The notes below the pieces were generated by a model. It worked only from the letters and a program-made list of their open reading frames with translations, was not told where the DNA came from and did no database searches. 64,000 bases of DNA from Podarcis pityusensis (lineage: Eukaryota). A program made the translations under genes and the position numbers. The DNA lies in NCBI GenBank assembly GCA_964106645.2, contig OZ067042.1; one strand, given 5' to 3'. Each line of letters opens with the position of its first letter. Position 1 is the first letter of the stretch. Below, piece by piece: positions 22,355 through 36,930 of the stretch.

Positions 22355-25300
22355 CTAAGAGAGATGGAATAAGATGAAGAAAGTGTTACTTCACAGGTAC
22401 AAGTACACATTTTCCCAACTTTCATGCTACTGTTAGGAACTGAAGAGCAGCACACTTTGGCCTCTGCCATTTGCCAGGGAACAAGAACCACTGCACTTCC
22501 AACTGTCCCTCAGGATGGGGAGGCCAAGGAAGGAGCTGCCTGAAAGACCACTTGGCTCCAACTGCCCTGGGACTGCAGAAGCAAGCAAGGATACTCTGAC
22601 TGCAGCCACAGGAACAGAAGCTATCAGCTGCTATTCAAGCAAAGGAAGTTCAATCTGGCCACATCCTCAGCCTCTTCCCTCAATTCCCCTTCCATTGTGT
22701 GTTGTGTATTTTTCATTTGTAAACTTAATTGCAGGTTCTTCTTTTCATTTACGTAATCCACTTTGGGAGACACAAGTTGTCTGAGAAGCAGGATAAAATA
22801 AATAAAGTTTGCTTGAGTCATTGCCTATGTATGGGTCTCTGAAAAAAGTGGGGGAAGGTTGACTCTCACAATACAGGTGGCTACACTAGAACTATGACAA
22901 ATGCTAAGTCTTCATGCTTGGACCCGCGCTATGCTTCCCCAGCATGGTACTGGTAAAATCCAAAATACACTCCTTTCTAATTTGAAAAACAAATACCTTT
23001 CTCGCCCTTTTCACCCCTTGGTCCTCTTGGGCCTTGGCGGCCTGGGGGGCCCATTGGTCCTATGTCACCTAGCAGAGGGAAGAGAAATGATATTTTACTG
23101 GATTGAGATTGCTACTCATTTAAAATAGTTCAGCTACAACACAGGCCCACTTCTTGAAGAGTGTATCTTCCAAAGCTGACCCCATGCGTTATCCCATCAT
23201 GCTGCAATCTGATAAGTATGCCATAGAGAACGATGAAGCATATTTCTCAGATCACACACAACATGGCCAGATAATGCAAGTCTCTTGTTTGCGCAGTTGG
23301 GCTAGTCCCATGAGGATAATTTATCTACAGAACATGTGCTCATTCACTCAGGGGTGCTGAACATCTATGGCACATGCTACTACTCAGAAATTAAGGTGAA
23401 ATGCACACATTTTCAAATAGCATTTTACAGAGAGAATCTAACTATCCAGATACAGAAAACAATATGGTTACAGCCAGATAATCATCCATTGTGGCAACAG
23501 TTGGGCTTTGTCTGAATACTCAGTAGACCAAGCCCATAATATCCATCTTATAATGAAATGGAAGAAGTGAAACAAAGTGTTTTTTAAAAAAAGAATTCCT
23601 GTATATGTAAACTGAATCAGAAAAATGTGTGTGGTTTAAAATGGTGTTCCTCCCACATTTTCTTTCTTCAGCAAACAACCTTTGTAAGTGACACATTAGT
23701 GACCATGTTGTGGAAGTGTTCAGAAAACAGCAATCTAGATACATTAATGGGAACCTTAGTGATGTCAGCTGAATTCAATTATGTATTCAATTATCTCTTC
23801 TATCAAAGAATTATTTGTTTTCTGCAAGTTTGGATTAAAAATTTGTGTTTGTGAGAGAGATATTTTCTATTTCATACAAATGATAAGGTAAACTCTTGTT
23901 TACAAATGCTAGTTCTGAGATAAATTCATATCTAAGGTGTCACAGGACTTTGCCTTCTTTGTAGGAAAAGGATTAAGTTTAATTCATACAGCAATTAAAG
24001 GGTTAAAAACACCCTGTACTATTTTTACTTTAGGGACTTCCAAATGTGGGCTTAACATTGCAAATGGACAGCTGGAAACAATTTTTTTTAAAAAAACAAA
24101 ATCTTACCAGATTTTCCATGGAAAGGCTAAACCCAGATTAAGATATGGGGAAGGATAGATTCGTATTTTTATGCCAACACAGTTGGTGCAAGGGGCAGAC
24201 GTACACCTCACATTTAAAGCACATGATTCCCAAAGAATCCTGGAAGCCGCAGTTTGCCAAGCATCTTGAAATCATAGCTTTCTGAGGGGCAAATTATAGT
24301 TCCCAGAATTCTTTGGTGTAAACCTTACAATTTAAATCTGCTTTAAATGTATGGTATGTATGCAGCCTGTGTCTTTAAGATATCACAAGACTCTAAGCTG
24401 TTTCTGCAGCAACTTATTAACAATGCTACCACTTTGGAAAAAAATACTTCAGAGCCGAGCAGGCACACCTCTGTTAGGTAACAAGCATATCAGTATTTAA
24501 AAGTAGGAACTCCTGCCTGGGAACAGGCAAATAGCCAGAATATGCAAACTTGTTCACAGGCAGGATTAAACAAAGGAAATTCAGCATTCGCCCACACCAG
24601 CAGGACAGGGCTGCTTTGCAAGCTCCCAAAAAGGATTTTTGCTCTTAAGATAGCCAGCTTCAAATATCTCAAGGGCTGCCACATAGAGGATGGTGCAAGC
24701 TTGTTTTCTCCTGTTCCAGAGGCCAAGACCCGAACCTGAACCTTCAAGTTACAAGAAAGGAGATTCCGACTAAACATTAGGAAGAACTTTCTGACAGGAA
24801 GAGCTGTTTGACAGTGGGACAGGTCTCCACAAGAGGTGGTGGACTCACCCTCCAAGGTTTTTAAGCAGATGTATGATCTAGGTGAGATTCCTGCTTTGCA
24901 GGGGGTTAACCTCTGGATCCTTTCCTAATTACAATTCTATGACACCAGTGTCAGACTGGCCAAACTTTAACAGGTGTGAACAATATATGTCATGATCATC
25001 ACAACACTTGACTCAAGAATACACCTGGAACAAGTATCTTAAAGAAATTATGAAAGCAAAGAGGGTGGACAGAAATGATTAGACAAACATAGTTGGGATG
25101 GTTTAATCAGACAGAGCACAGCCTGCCTTAATGCAAATGCTTAGACCAGGTGACTGCTGAGACCCCATGCTGTCTAGGACCAAGAAACAAACCTTGATCT
25201 TTCAGTTTCATGGGCAACTAAAGGTCACATTTTCCCCTTTATATTCAGGTGTATATGATATGATAACGGGGGAATAGTAGAGTACAGCCCATCACTATTT

Positions 25301-25537
25301 TATATACCTGGTTGTAGCACCAATGTGAAACAGACTTGATCCAAAAATAAACATTGTTTATAGTCACTGCAAGGCCCTAATACCATTGGAGAAATGTGAG
25401 TTTCAAAGGATGGCTGTGTATTGTTTGGAAAAGCGTGAATTTAGTAGATTCGCTAGGCTGGAGCCCAAGTGAAGCCACTGAGAAGCAAAAGGGAGCTATT
25501 AGCCTGCTCAGGGGAACCCAAAGGCTTCTGGTAGCAT

Positions 25538-25579
<42 letters not shown>

Positions 25580-27598
25580 CTCTCTCTATCTAAGGATGCT
25601 CAGTCACTACAGAACACTGTGTGTCAGGAAAGAAAAACCGAAAATGGCAGACGGTGGTGGGATGGAGGATCTAGCTGGCTGGCTAGAACCTTGCACAGGA
25701 GCACTGCTACTTGGGGGTGAGGATGCATGGCAACATTTGCGGCAGGCCCCACTTGCATCCTCTGAAACAGAAGTGCTCTATTGGGTTTCCTTTCAGTGTC
25801 TTCAAGAGGAGGAGACTACTTGTACAGGGGGAGGAGCCATCCGTCTCCCTGCCTCCCTCCTGGATTCTCAAGTTGGCAAGTGTGGCATCCAACTTCTTAC
25901 CTTTGGGTCCTGGGAATCCTATCTCTCCTTTCTGTCCAGGTGCACCTGGGATAGTTCCATAAGCTGTAGAAAACAAACAACATCATGTTTGTGGATATCT
26001 GCTCTTAATTGTAAATATAAGAACGTCCATAATGAAAAGCTCTGTGCTTTTGGCCCATTTAACAAAGTAATTCAATACCGCAAAGCCTGAAGGGTCCAGG
26101 TTACAAAATCAAGGTAAGCCATATCTGAGGGACTGCCTCCTCTTCTAATGGGGCAGAAATGCAGGTTGTCACAAGGCTATATTCTACTACACACATCTAG
26201 GGCCTCTTTATTGAGCATTCATCATGATTTGTACTCATCAAGTTGTTGCAGCAGTTACACACAATCACACTTTCAATACCATTTGTTCCTGCAAAAGTTT
26301 TGGCGTGTCATACTGCTTTGTTTCCAGGCAGTGCATGTCCCATAGCTTCCTGCTGAAACCCTGTAACTTTCTGTACCACAAACATTCCAAGAATATTATT
26401 ATTTTGTGGTTGCACTATATACGGCAAGAGTGCCCCTTGAGAAGGCACTAATGTATAACATTGAGGGATTATTGCAAAACAACCAGTATAGGGGAATGAT
26501 GTGTAGACCGTCCAGTATGCATCCACCATTAACACGCTACTATTGCATCAATGACATGTTGCAGAATGCACCTGCTAAAAAAAATCCACTAATCTGGAGT
26601 GGTCCCTAAACTACTCCCTACCCAGTAAAGCAGCAGCTGCAGTATTTCATTTCATTTAAAATCTCTGTATATCCTAAATTAAAATGACAACTGGGATGTG
26701 ACTTACTTCTGAAGAATTCCATGAGGTCCGCAGTGATATTGCCATAGGATGCAAACACTTTGCTGATGCCTGGAATGCCAGGAGGCCCTGGAGGCCCAGG
26801 TGGTCCTTGCACAGCATAAGTCATCATGTCCTGCAGAAGCCCTCGGCCTGGGAAATTAGAACATAAATTTGAAATAGAGTATACGAAGGTTGATGTGACC
26901 AATTTCACCCCCTGGCTCTTCAAAATGCTTTGTGTCCAGCAGTGAAAATTCCATTCAATAAAGCAGAGGTAGGCAACCCCTAATTCTGATCAGTCCCAAT
27001 TAGCATAGTCAATGAACAAAGATGATAGGAGTTGCAGTTCAGAACATCAGGAGGGCCACCGGTTCTACATCCTTGCTATGAAGTCAGAACTCAAGGAAGC
27101 ATCTCTTCCCACCCCCCACCCTTTGAAGCTGTGGCATTTTCCTGTACTACTTTTAAAGCATCCTTAACACTCCAGAAAAAGACTCAGCCCATAATTGAAG
27201 CATTGTACTTCAGCCTTCACCAACCTAGTACCCTCCAGATGTTTTGGCCTACAACTCACATCAGCCCTAGTGCTGGTGAAGGATTCTAATCTGAGTTAGG
27301 AAACTGATTTAATGTTTTGATCCTCGGGGGAAACTTTTTGCACCAATTCTGCTGAGCACATATATTAAACTGTTTTGCTGTGATAATCCAAGATCTAGCA
27401 GTCAAGGAAGGAACCTGCTCCTGGGATTTCCCTCAGAGGTACATACAGCACGTTTCAATTTAACATTTCTCATGTGTGCACTTTTAGGGTCATTTCAAAA
27501 AAGAATGCCAAGTTTTTCCTTAGAATAGCTCATGGAATGTACACTGCATATATTCAAAGGAGTGGAACACAACTTAATGGTCTAAGAATCACATGTCC

Positions 27599-27645
<47 letters not shown>

Positions 27646-30600
27646 TCTAAACAGTCCACAGCACTTTAGATAGCATGGGGTAAAATATGGATATACTTAC
27701 TTTGTATGTTTTCTGACACTCTGGCTGCCAACTCATTGTAATCCAGTGCCCCAGCAAATGATCCACTATAGGATCCTCCTGCACCTGTAGATCTCATCTG
27801 TGATCCGCCTGCTCCAGTTGAACTACCGTAAGATCCACCCGCTCCAGCACCGTAAGATCCACCCGCTCCAGCACCGTAAGATCCATCCGCTCCAGCACCG
27901 TAAGATCCACCTGCTCCAGTCGCTCCACCATAAGAACCATCAGCTCCAAGAGATCCACCATAAGAGCCATCAGCTCCAAGAGATCCACCGTATGATCCAC
28001 CAGCTCCAAGTGATCCATCAGCTCCAAGAGATCCATCAGCTCCAAGAGATCCACCATATGCTCCATTGCTTCCCAATGAGCTGCTGTATGATCCCCCTGT
28101 GGCAAGTGATGCATCATAGGATGTGGCAGAACTTACGGACCTGCCATACGACCCATCTGAATTTAGAGACCTTCTGTAAGATTCAGCCATCAAGCTACCA
28201 TCTCCTCCTATACCAGGTGGTCCTGGAGGCCCGGGGGGTCCTCTGATGATGCCACGAATATCGTCACCTACAAAACACAGCAATGGGTATTAATGGAGCT
28301 GCACAAGTTATAATGGAATGTTCTACAGGGGTGCTGAAGCCAGCAAAGTGTGCTTTGGGACGGCATCCCAGAGGGTCACACGATACATCAGATCTTCTTC
28401 AAGGGAGCTCTGATGTTGAATCCTTCTCCCATCCCCACAACTTCCACAAACCCAGCCCTATCAGTTTTGGAACTCTTGACATCCCACAACCAAAATGTGT
28501 TGGGCCGGTTTGGGGGCATGCAGAGGGAGCACTGGAATCTGAAGGATCTAGTGCCTTCCCAATTCCACCCATTATTCTTAACAGGAGTGCTTCTCCACTG
28601 TCAATTCCACCCACAGGCAAGAACCTGATAGTATGTTAATGATATTGATGTAAATCTCTTTAAGTTTACTGAAGCCGGATGCAAATTTTAGTAAACTTGG
28701 AGCAGCATGGTGCCCCAAAGAGAACCTATTTCTGGAAAGCTTTTCATTAAAGCAAGAGGATGCTACTTGAGACTGAGTTGATGGTTAGAGGTTATGCCCT
28801 ACCAGCTAAGGTGCTGTTTTTTAGACCTTCTGGTTCCAGTAAAGGAAGCACAAATTAAAGAACAAGTCTCTTCCATAAATGAGACATGTCAAAGATGACC
28901 AAACAGAAATAAATCTTAGGATCCACCTTAAGACAAAACCATATTCAATACTTTTGATTTCTTGAGGGACTTTTCAGTCCAGGATAGCAGCTGTAGTAAG
29001 CATTTCTCAGCTGCTACAAAAGAGCTATGAGATCAGCCCTAGGCATAGTGCCAGGATGAGGCCCAGACTTGAAATTTCAAGAAGAGCAACAGCTGGTTAT
29101 AGCAATCAAAATTGTGGAAGTGGTTTTGTGTGTGTGACTTACTAGTAAGGTACTTGATCAAGTCACTTCTGAACTGGTCAGTCCAAAGATCATCACCATA
29201 GGAAACAAGGCCACTTCCTGACAAGCCAGGTGGTCCTGGAGGGCCTGGCGGACCAGGTGGTCCAGAAAGTGTGAAGTATCCCAAACCTTGGAAGAAGAAG
29301 AAACTGGGTTAATAATGTGCTTTTTAAGAAAGTGCAAGCAGACCCTTTGCTTGAATTCTTTTTCCTATGTCACCCCCCCCCCATTCTAACAGCAGAATCA
29401 TATGCACTTAGCCACCATTATGTTTAAAAACAATTTCATTGGCATGTCAAGATGGCATGCTATTTTATACCTGTGTAATTTTTGATTCAGTTTTTTTTGG
29501 GGTGGTGGCAGCAGGGTGGGGGTGGGGTGTTGACACCCTTTTACCCTGTTAGCAAGGAAGGTCAAAGTATCACATAGCTTTCATTTTAGGGAGCTACCAG
29601 CAGAATTTTAGATCAGCTGATTGACCAATCATACCATTTTGTCACTAGCATCCTTTGCTGGTGATGACTAACACACCCAGATCTTACGATATTGAGATTC
29701 ACTGAATTGCTGCATGTTGAACGTGGATCAAATTCTTTACTCTGTCCTAGAAAGCCCAACAACTCCCCACCCACCACAAGAAATCCCAGACTCCTAAAAG
29801 GTACCCAAGCGCAGAGTATGGCAAATCATATTTACTTTGTAAGTAGGCGGAGATGTCCTCTGCAGTGATGGAGGAAAGCGCACTGCCTGGTGGGCCTGGT
29901 GGCCCAGGTGGCCCTACAAAGCGATCAAATTCTGAGTCTGAAAGAAGGAAGAATGTGAATAAGTATCTGAGGCATAATTTACACACACACACACTTTTCC
30001 CCCACTATGCAAGCAAATCCCCTCTGTCCCTACCCACATTGCCAGGACAGAATAGCTAAACAAAAGGCAGAAGGACTTTTCTGTCCTACTCTGTTAGCTT
30101 GTATAACAAAGTGAGGATTAAGAGTGGCAGAATTAGCTATGTCTTGAGGAATAATTAGGACTATGCACCTCACACTTGTAGTCTCTTTGCAAAAGAAATT
30201 ATAAAGCACATACTACTTTTGACAGTGATCTTACAGCTCATTTCTAGAATGTGCCCGTAGGAACATAAGAAGCTGCCTTATACAGAGTCAGACCATTGGT
30301 CCATATAGCTCAGTATTATTATTTATTAAATTTGTATACCACCCTTCATCAGAAGATCACAGGACACTTCACAACATAAAAATACAAAATGAGAACACAA
30401 AACACATAATAAAACACACACACCTTTAACCCACAAATACCTTTTAAAGACAATAGAATGTTCAATCAGCCTAAGGCCTGGTTATAGAGAAACATTTTTG
30501 CCTGATGCCTAAAGATACGTAATGAAGGCACCAGATGGGCCTCCTTGGGGAGTTTTCCACCAGCGTATTATCTACAAAGATGGACAGCAGCTCTCCCGGG

Positions 30601-33600
30601 TTCCAGGCAAGGGATATTCCCAGATCTATCTGGAAATGCTGGGGATTGAACCTCAGACCTTTGGCATGTATAGCATGTGCTCTGCTACTGAGCTACTTCC
30701 TCCATTAGGCAATTTCAGCTGAAGTAGGAATACAACCATTCAGCTTACTATAGCAATCTACCTCCTGGGAATGAGGTGGAGCCACACCTTTGCTTCACTG
30801 AACTAAATGGATACCTAGATGTCTCCACTGCATTTCAACTCTTTTTTGAAACCCAGAGATGAGCACAGAGGGGTAAATCCAAGTTGGGTGTCTATGAACC
30901 ATTGGTCATTGTAGGGAAGCCTAAAATCCAATAGTTGTGAGTCCATAAGATTTCCCAAGATGGCTTGATAGGATTGCAAAGCTTACTATAGTTCCAGTCA
31001 CTACTGCAATTCATGATTGTGGTTCTGGCAAGATGCTCACATCCACACCGTACATTTAAATCACATAACTTGCCTCAATGAATCCTGGGAACTGCAGTTT
31101 ACCAACAACATAGTACCCTTAACCCACTATGGTGTGGCTCTTAGTGTGTTGAAGCAGTAAATGTGCTAAATACTGGATTATTGAAAGCATCTCTGTAAGA
31201 TTTATTTTCAAAGCACTCCTATAGTATGTAGTGTTTTGTAGAGAAATGTTAGGGGGAAAATAATATTACAGTGCTTCACATCCTAAATTCCTGAAAATGT
31301 TCTCTGGATCAACTCTTCAGTTTACTCTGAGAATTCTGTGAACTAACAGCCACCAAAAATGGATTATTCAGTGTAAATGGAAATCAACAATAGTATATTC
31401 TTACTGACCACTACAGCATATCATCCAAACATAGTGGGACATGCCCTGATAGCCCTTGTAGCAAAAAGTGAGTACACATGAAGATATTGGGTGGTGGCAA
31501 ATGGGTAAAGAATAAGCATCCTATAACTATAGGCCCCACCTGTGTGTGGCATCCTAAGGGACTTCTATACCAAGGAGTGTGTAACCATACACACACAACA
31601 TGTGGTTGCAAAATTTACGAAGGGGCCTGCAGCCAACAGGTAGTACCAAAAAGCCAATTTGTATCTCACAGTGCTGTTGGGGAAATCACTTAGTGCAACA
31701 TAATAGATAGGCATATGACATTACTTGTTATATAGCTGACAACCCGTCTTGTCAATTCATCATAGTCCAGGGACACAGATAAGCTGTCTCCTCCCAGTCC
31801 AGGGGGGCCAGGGGGTCCTGGGGGACCTTGGGGTCCAATGAAATACTGGCGAACATCCACTCCTAAGAAAATAAAAGAAAATTAGTCCTGCTTTTCTGGT
31901 TTGTCCAGAGATGGAACAAAATTGACGAGCCATGAAAGCATGGTGCTTACCAGACATATAGCTCACGACACGGCGGGCCAATTCAGTGTAGTCCAAGGAT
32001 TCCTCACCAATGGCGGTAATCATTCCTGGTGGTCCTGGAGGACCAGGAGGTCCAACCAGATAGGATGCACTGTCACCTAGTGAAGCAGAAGGGCAGAGTA
32101 CAATCATTATTGGAGTGGATGGACATGGTGATTACATGGTTTTTGTGGTTCTCCTGCAGCTCCACCAGCATAACCCTACGAAATCACACACACTCTTGAT
32201 TATTCTACATCACCCCTTGGCTGCTCCTACCATAGAATAATTTGTTATCTGCTCTCATACAAAGGTTTAAGTAGGGTACTTTGGGATCCAGAGTCCAAGC
32301 TTTTTAATATATTGGTCTGTATTATTTGTTTAGTGCTAAGGTTCTCTTAGTCCCTAGGGAGGAGCCATATACCTGGACCAGAGGTAGGAAACCCCTGCCT
32401 CTCCAGTTGTTGGACAACTTCCATGAACCCCTGCCTGTTAAGTACAATGGTTTAATTGACATTGAAATGAAAAGTACATATATGTATTCTGCTGAAGGTT
32501 TAACTGGAAAATTTCATTGGGGTATATTGAAACTTAAGTTTTGAATGGCAGGAGGCAGGAGGCATTCCAGCCCCCTTCTACCTGCAATCTGAAATGTCCA
32601 CAGTAAATCAGATATTAGATGATCAGAAGGCAAACAAGCTCCAGACTTTCCCCAAACCCCCAAAGGTGTCTGAACTGAGTGCTGTCAGATAGTGACATGA
32701 TAGTATGACTCTAACAAAAGGTGTGTGACTTACTTTGCAGGTACTCAGCGATCATCAGCTGAATGTCTCGGGCCGAACTAATTCCACTGATTCCTAGGCC
32801 TGGAGGTCCAGGAGGACCTGGAGGACCTGGAAGACCCTGAGATGCTCTTGATCCAGCTGCAGAAGTACAAAAGTTGATTTGTTTTTATTACTATGGAAGC
32901 AAGGCACAGCCTAAAAAGGCCATTGTACTTAAGTGCATTATACTGACACATAGGATGAAACAGTACATTACAAAGCAACTGTGTGTGTTTCACAAGCCTG
33001 CATTTGCCACATGACAGGAGAATGACAGGCCTCCTTAACCTGTCATGGCCCCAGACCAAGACTCCTCAGAGACCGAGTTCTTCAGCATCTCTGTGACATG
33101 AGTGGGATTTTCAGCCCTGCTCTGTGAGCTGAATTGCCTTATTTTATTTGCCCAGGAAGAAGACACAATACATTTCAGAAAGCTTTAACACTAGGGATGG
33201 CTATGATGGTTTATACTATATACAAAAGTGTACATTACTGATGCTGTCATCTTACCTCCTCCAGGGATGCCTGGAGCTCCTGGTACACCTGCATCACCTA
33301 ACAGGAAAACAAAGAAAAACATGTGTTCATTGACTCCATTCAGCAAGCCTGTGGACCTTTCTAATTGCACTCCTTCTGGGGATAAAATTCCAAGTCACAT
33401 TGGTGGGAAAGCTTTTTCAGAGCGAGGGCCACATTCCCATCAGGACAATTTTCTGGGGGCCACGTGCCAGTGATGGGTAGGGTCAGAGGCAAAAGTGGGC
33501 AAAGCAGTGACTGCAAATACTACCTTTGTACAGTAGGCTAGTTTTTACACCCTTCCACCCATCCATCTGTCCTCAATACAGGAAACTAAAAGGCATTGTC

Positions 33601-36600
33601 TGAGTTTAAGTACACATTCCAACCACTCAAGGGGATGATGTAGGGCTGGTAAAGGGCATGGCATGGGGAGTGGGGGGTGGCCTGGAAAGAATCCTGGGGG
33701 CCACACAGAAAAGCCTACAGGGCCACACTTGGCCTCTAAGCCTGAGGTTCCCCACTCCTGGCTTAGGAGAACTGTAACAATCTATTTTGCCCTGTGGGAA
33801 GAGGTAAGAAAAGCAGCAAAAGAGCTTTCTCAAGAGGGTCACCCACAATGATTTCCATTACATCACAGCTGGGCACTTTTACAGCTAGAAGCAAGGCTCA
33901 TCACAGCATGCCAGAAGCCACCGATTTTGCCTCTCACACAAAGTTCAAGATGCAAAAGGGTGCTCAGTGCTCTTCACAAACCTTTCTCTCCTTTGGGCCC
34001 AGGTGGTCCTGGTAATCCAGGTGGTCCTTGGATGGCAACTCCAGCACCTGCAAACAGGAATCAGGGAGATGGTGATGAGAAATCTGGAGAGGGGGTGGTG
34101 GAGAGAACAGGGGCTTCACATGTGACATTGTACTGTTTAGCGCCTCCTTCATTACATGGTGCCCTCCAGATGTTCCGGCCTACCTACCATCCCTGATCAT
34201 TGTGGCCCTGCTGGCTGGGGCTGATGGAATTGTAATCGAAAATGTATGGAAAGCACCAGGTTGGTGAAGGCTGATTGTCATGGACAGGCTGGATGCAGAG
34301 AAGTGGCGGGGGGGGGGGAGGAAGCAGCTGGGAAACCCCCAGGAAAGGAGGCTCAGAGCCAAGGGCCTGGTGGTGGGGTGACAAGGAGTGGTCAGAGGGG
34401 GAAGAAGGAACAGACTAGGGGGAGGTGGTGTCAGAAGCTGAAGGGGAAACAGGGTTTAGTGATCAGGAAGAGGCTGTGGAAGAGGGCAGGTCAGACTCAG
34501 AGGCAGGAGAGGAAGGGGCTGATAAGAAAGAGAGTGCATTTAGACTCACCTGACACAGAGGCTCCTGGTAGACCTGGCTGACCTGGTTCACCTGTGAGAA
34601 AGATTGGAAACCACGCAACCAGGTTATTACAGTGCATCAATAGCTCCTGGTTCCCATAAGGAAAATTTTAAAAATAGTTATTCAATTATTGAGGGCTGAG
34701 TGAGCTGGCAATTAAGAAAGGCCCATTAGATCTCTGGTGCTTAGTGATGGGGAACACTCAGGGTCTCTTGCCCTCTGACCAGCAGAATGGACCAAGACCA
34801 GCACCACTGCTGGTGGATATGCCAGATCTTTGTGTGTGTTTTTTTAATGTTCAGGTCTGCACCCACTTAGCTCCAGCAGCTTTGCAGCATTAGCTGCTTC
34901 CGGACCATTCATTGGGTCAGGTTGCAGCAAAGGAAAAGTTGAGCCTTAGAGACCTGTTCTCTTCTGCTTTCCTGCTTTCATTCTACCTACATTCATAACC
35001 CTCTTAGCAAACTCAGGCTCCTATACAACTGCACCAGTCTGTAGAGTAAGGCTTCCACTCCCATCACCTCTAACCAGTGGCTATGGTGATTAGGGCTGAG
35101 TTGGCGCTGGAGCTCAACATCATCTAGAGCAAGAGTAAGGAACTTTTGTTATCCCAAGGGCCAGATTCTTATCTTGCCAGCCCTCTGAGGGACAGGTGGG
35201 TAGGACCTAAAACCAACTGGGTGAGGCTAAAGTATAGTGCTTTATCCTGAAGTAGCATATACCAAGGCTATCACATACTGAAGTCACATTTTAGTTCCCA
35301 AGTCACAAGTAATCACACACATGGTCTGAGACTTGTCAATTATTACAGAAGGAAGAGAGGGGGAAGTCTGTAAATCACACAGGCAGATCAGCTTGTGCTT
35401 TCACTGAACAAATTCTTCAGAAATGCGTTGGGGATTAAACCTGTGCATTAAAACTGTGTTTCACCAAAACAATAGAGCAGCTTTTGAAAATCCCTCAAAG
35501 GGAAGTTCTTAAATCGAACAAAAGCCCTTTTTACCTGGTATGCCACGAGGTCCTGGTGGGCCTTGAACAAAAGCGCCTGGGGAAAAAAGAGGGGAAAGTA
35601 TAACACTGGACTCCCATTTCTTTTCATAATGCTTGGAGTTCTATCCTGCCTCTGTTCCCCCCATACCTACTGACTTCCAAAAATAGAGACAGCTTTAGGG
35701 CCTATTCACACAGTCACTGGACATGTGGCAGCCATGGATAAGGGACTCAAATAGAGTGTACCACCTACCAGCCCATGGCTGGCTAGGCATGTGCATGAAG
35801 CAATAGACTTTGACAAAGATATAAGGCTGTCCACAGGCTAGGATGTAGCACATTGTGTAGGCATTTCCTGCTGCTACCTCATAACAAAGATGTTGCTTGA
35901 TGAGGTTAGTTTTTTTCTGTCTGACCTGATATTAAAGGACTGTTTATCAAACTTTCCAGGTTTTTAAATCTTTATATTCATTAAGGCACACTTTTGTTCA
36001 TAGTCAACTCAGAAGTTGTATCTTGCAAAGTCCATCTTGTACAGCAGTTTAACTACACAAAACGTGACCTCTTTAAGTAGCTGCTAATTTCTTACGAAGG
36101 TTTTATTCTAACAGAATACGAGGTATTGCAATGTTGATTTTTTTTTTAACGGCAGCAGCTCAGTTCTTGTTTTTCTTGCCACCTGCTAAAATAAATATGA
36201 TTTCTGGGCACTCTGTTGAGTGTGTATGTTGTCTTTCTCTCTTTGTGTCTATGAAATGCTTCAGTTCACTTTATATCACGCTGATTAGAAAACTGCTGGT
36301 TTTCTGCCAAGACTATCAAGGGGACAGATTAGAAGCCATCGGGAATATTTATATAAAAAAGTACATAGAAATATAAACTGCAAAGTGGTTGTGTGTGAAA
36401 TTCCCTTTTTAGTATAGGAAGACTTACAGCATGCTTATTTTTTTTCTACTTAGCTTCCTCACCACCATTTTTTCACTTATATGCTAGTACAGAATAGAGA
36501 GTCTATACCTGGAGGTCCTGGCGGTCCAGGGGGTCCTGGCGGTCCTTGCATCTCTGGTACCACTAGACGAAAAAGGGAAACAGAAGTATTACACAACTGC

Positions 36601-36899
36601 TGCTACCGCAGCATATTTTAGAAACAGAAAGAGGCTGCTTTTAATAATAATAATAAATGATCTCACGGGTTAAAATATTAAAGGAAACCAGACAGCAGTT
36701 GTATTTGAAAGGATGGCTAAATCATCTCATGTGTCTATAAATCAAAATGAAAGAAGCTCCATTGACTAGAACGTACACTTTGGGTTCTGTCTAACTAAGG
36801 TGCATTCAGAGCAGACCTGATGAAATCAATAGACTTAGCTTACCTTGAGCTGCATTGGTCTTTCTTCCCAAAATGAAAGGTGGTATATGGTATATACAT

Positions 36900-36930
<31 letters not shown>

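Noticed and set aside
27794-28246. Repetitive ORFs 27800-28246 (+, HRKIHPLQ repeats) and 27794-28117 (-)
   Set aside because: These are alternative frames of the COL17A1 coding tandem repeat; there is no independent gene evidence
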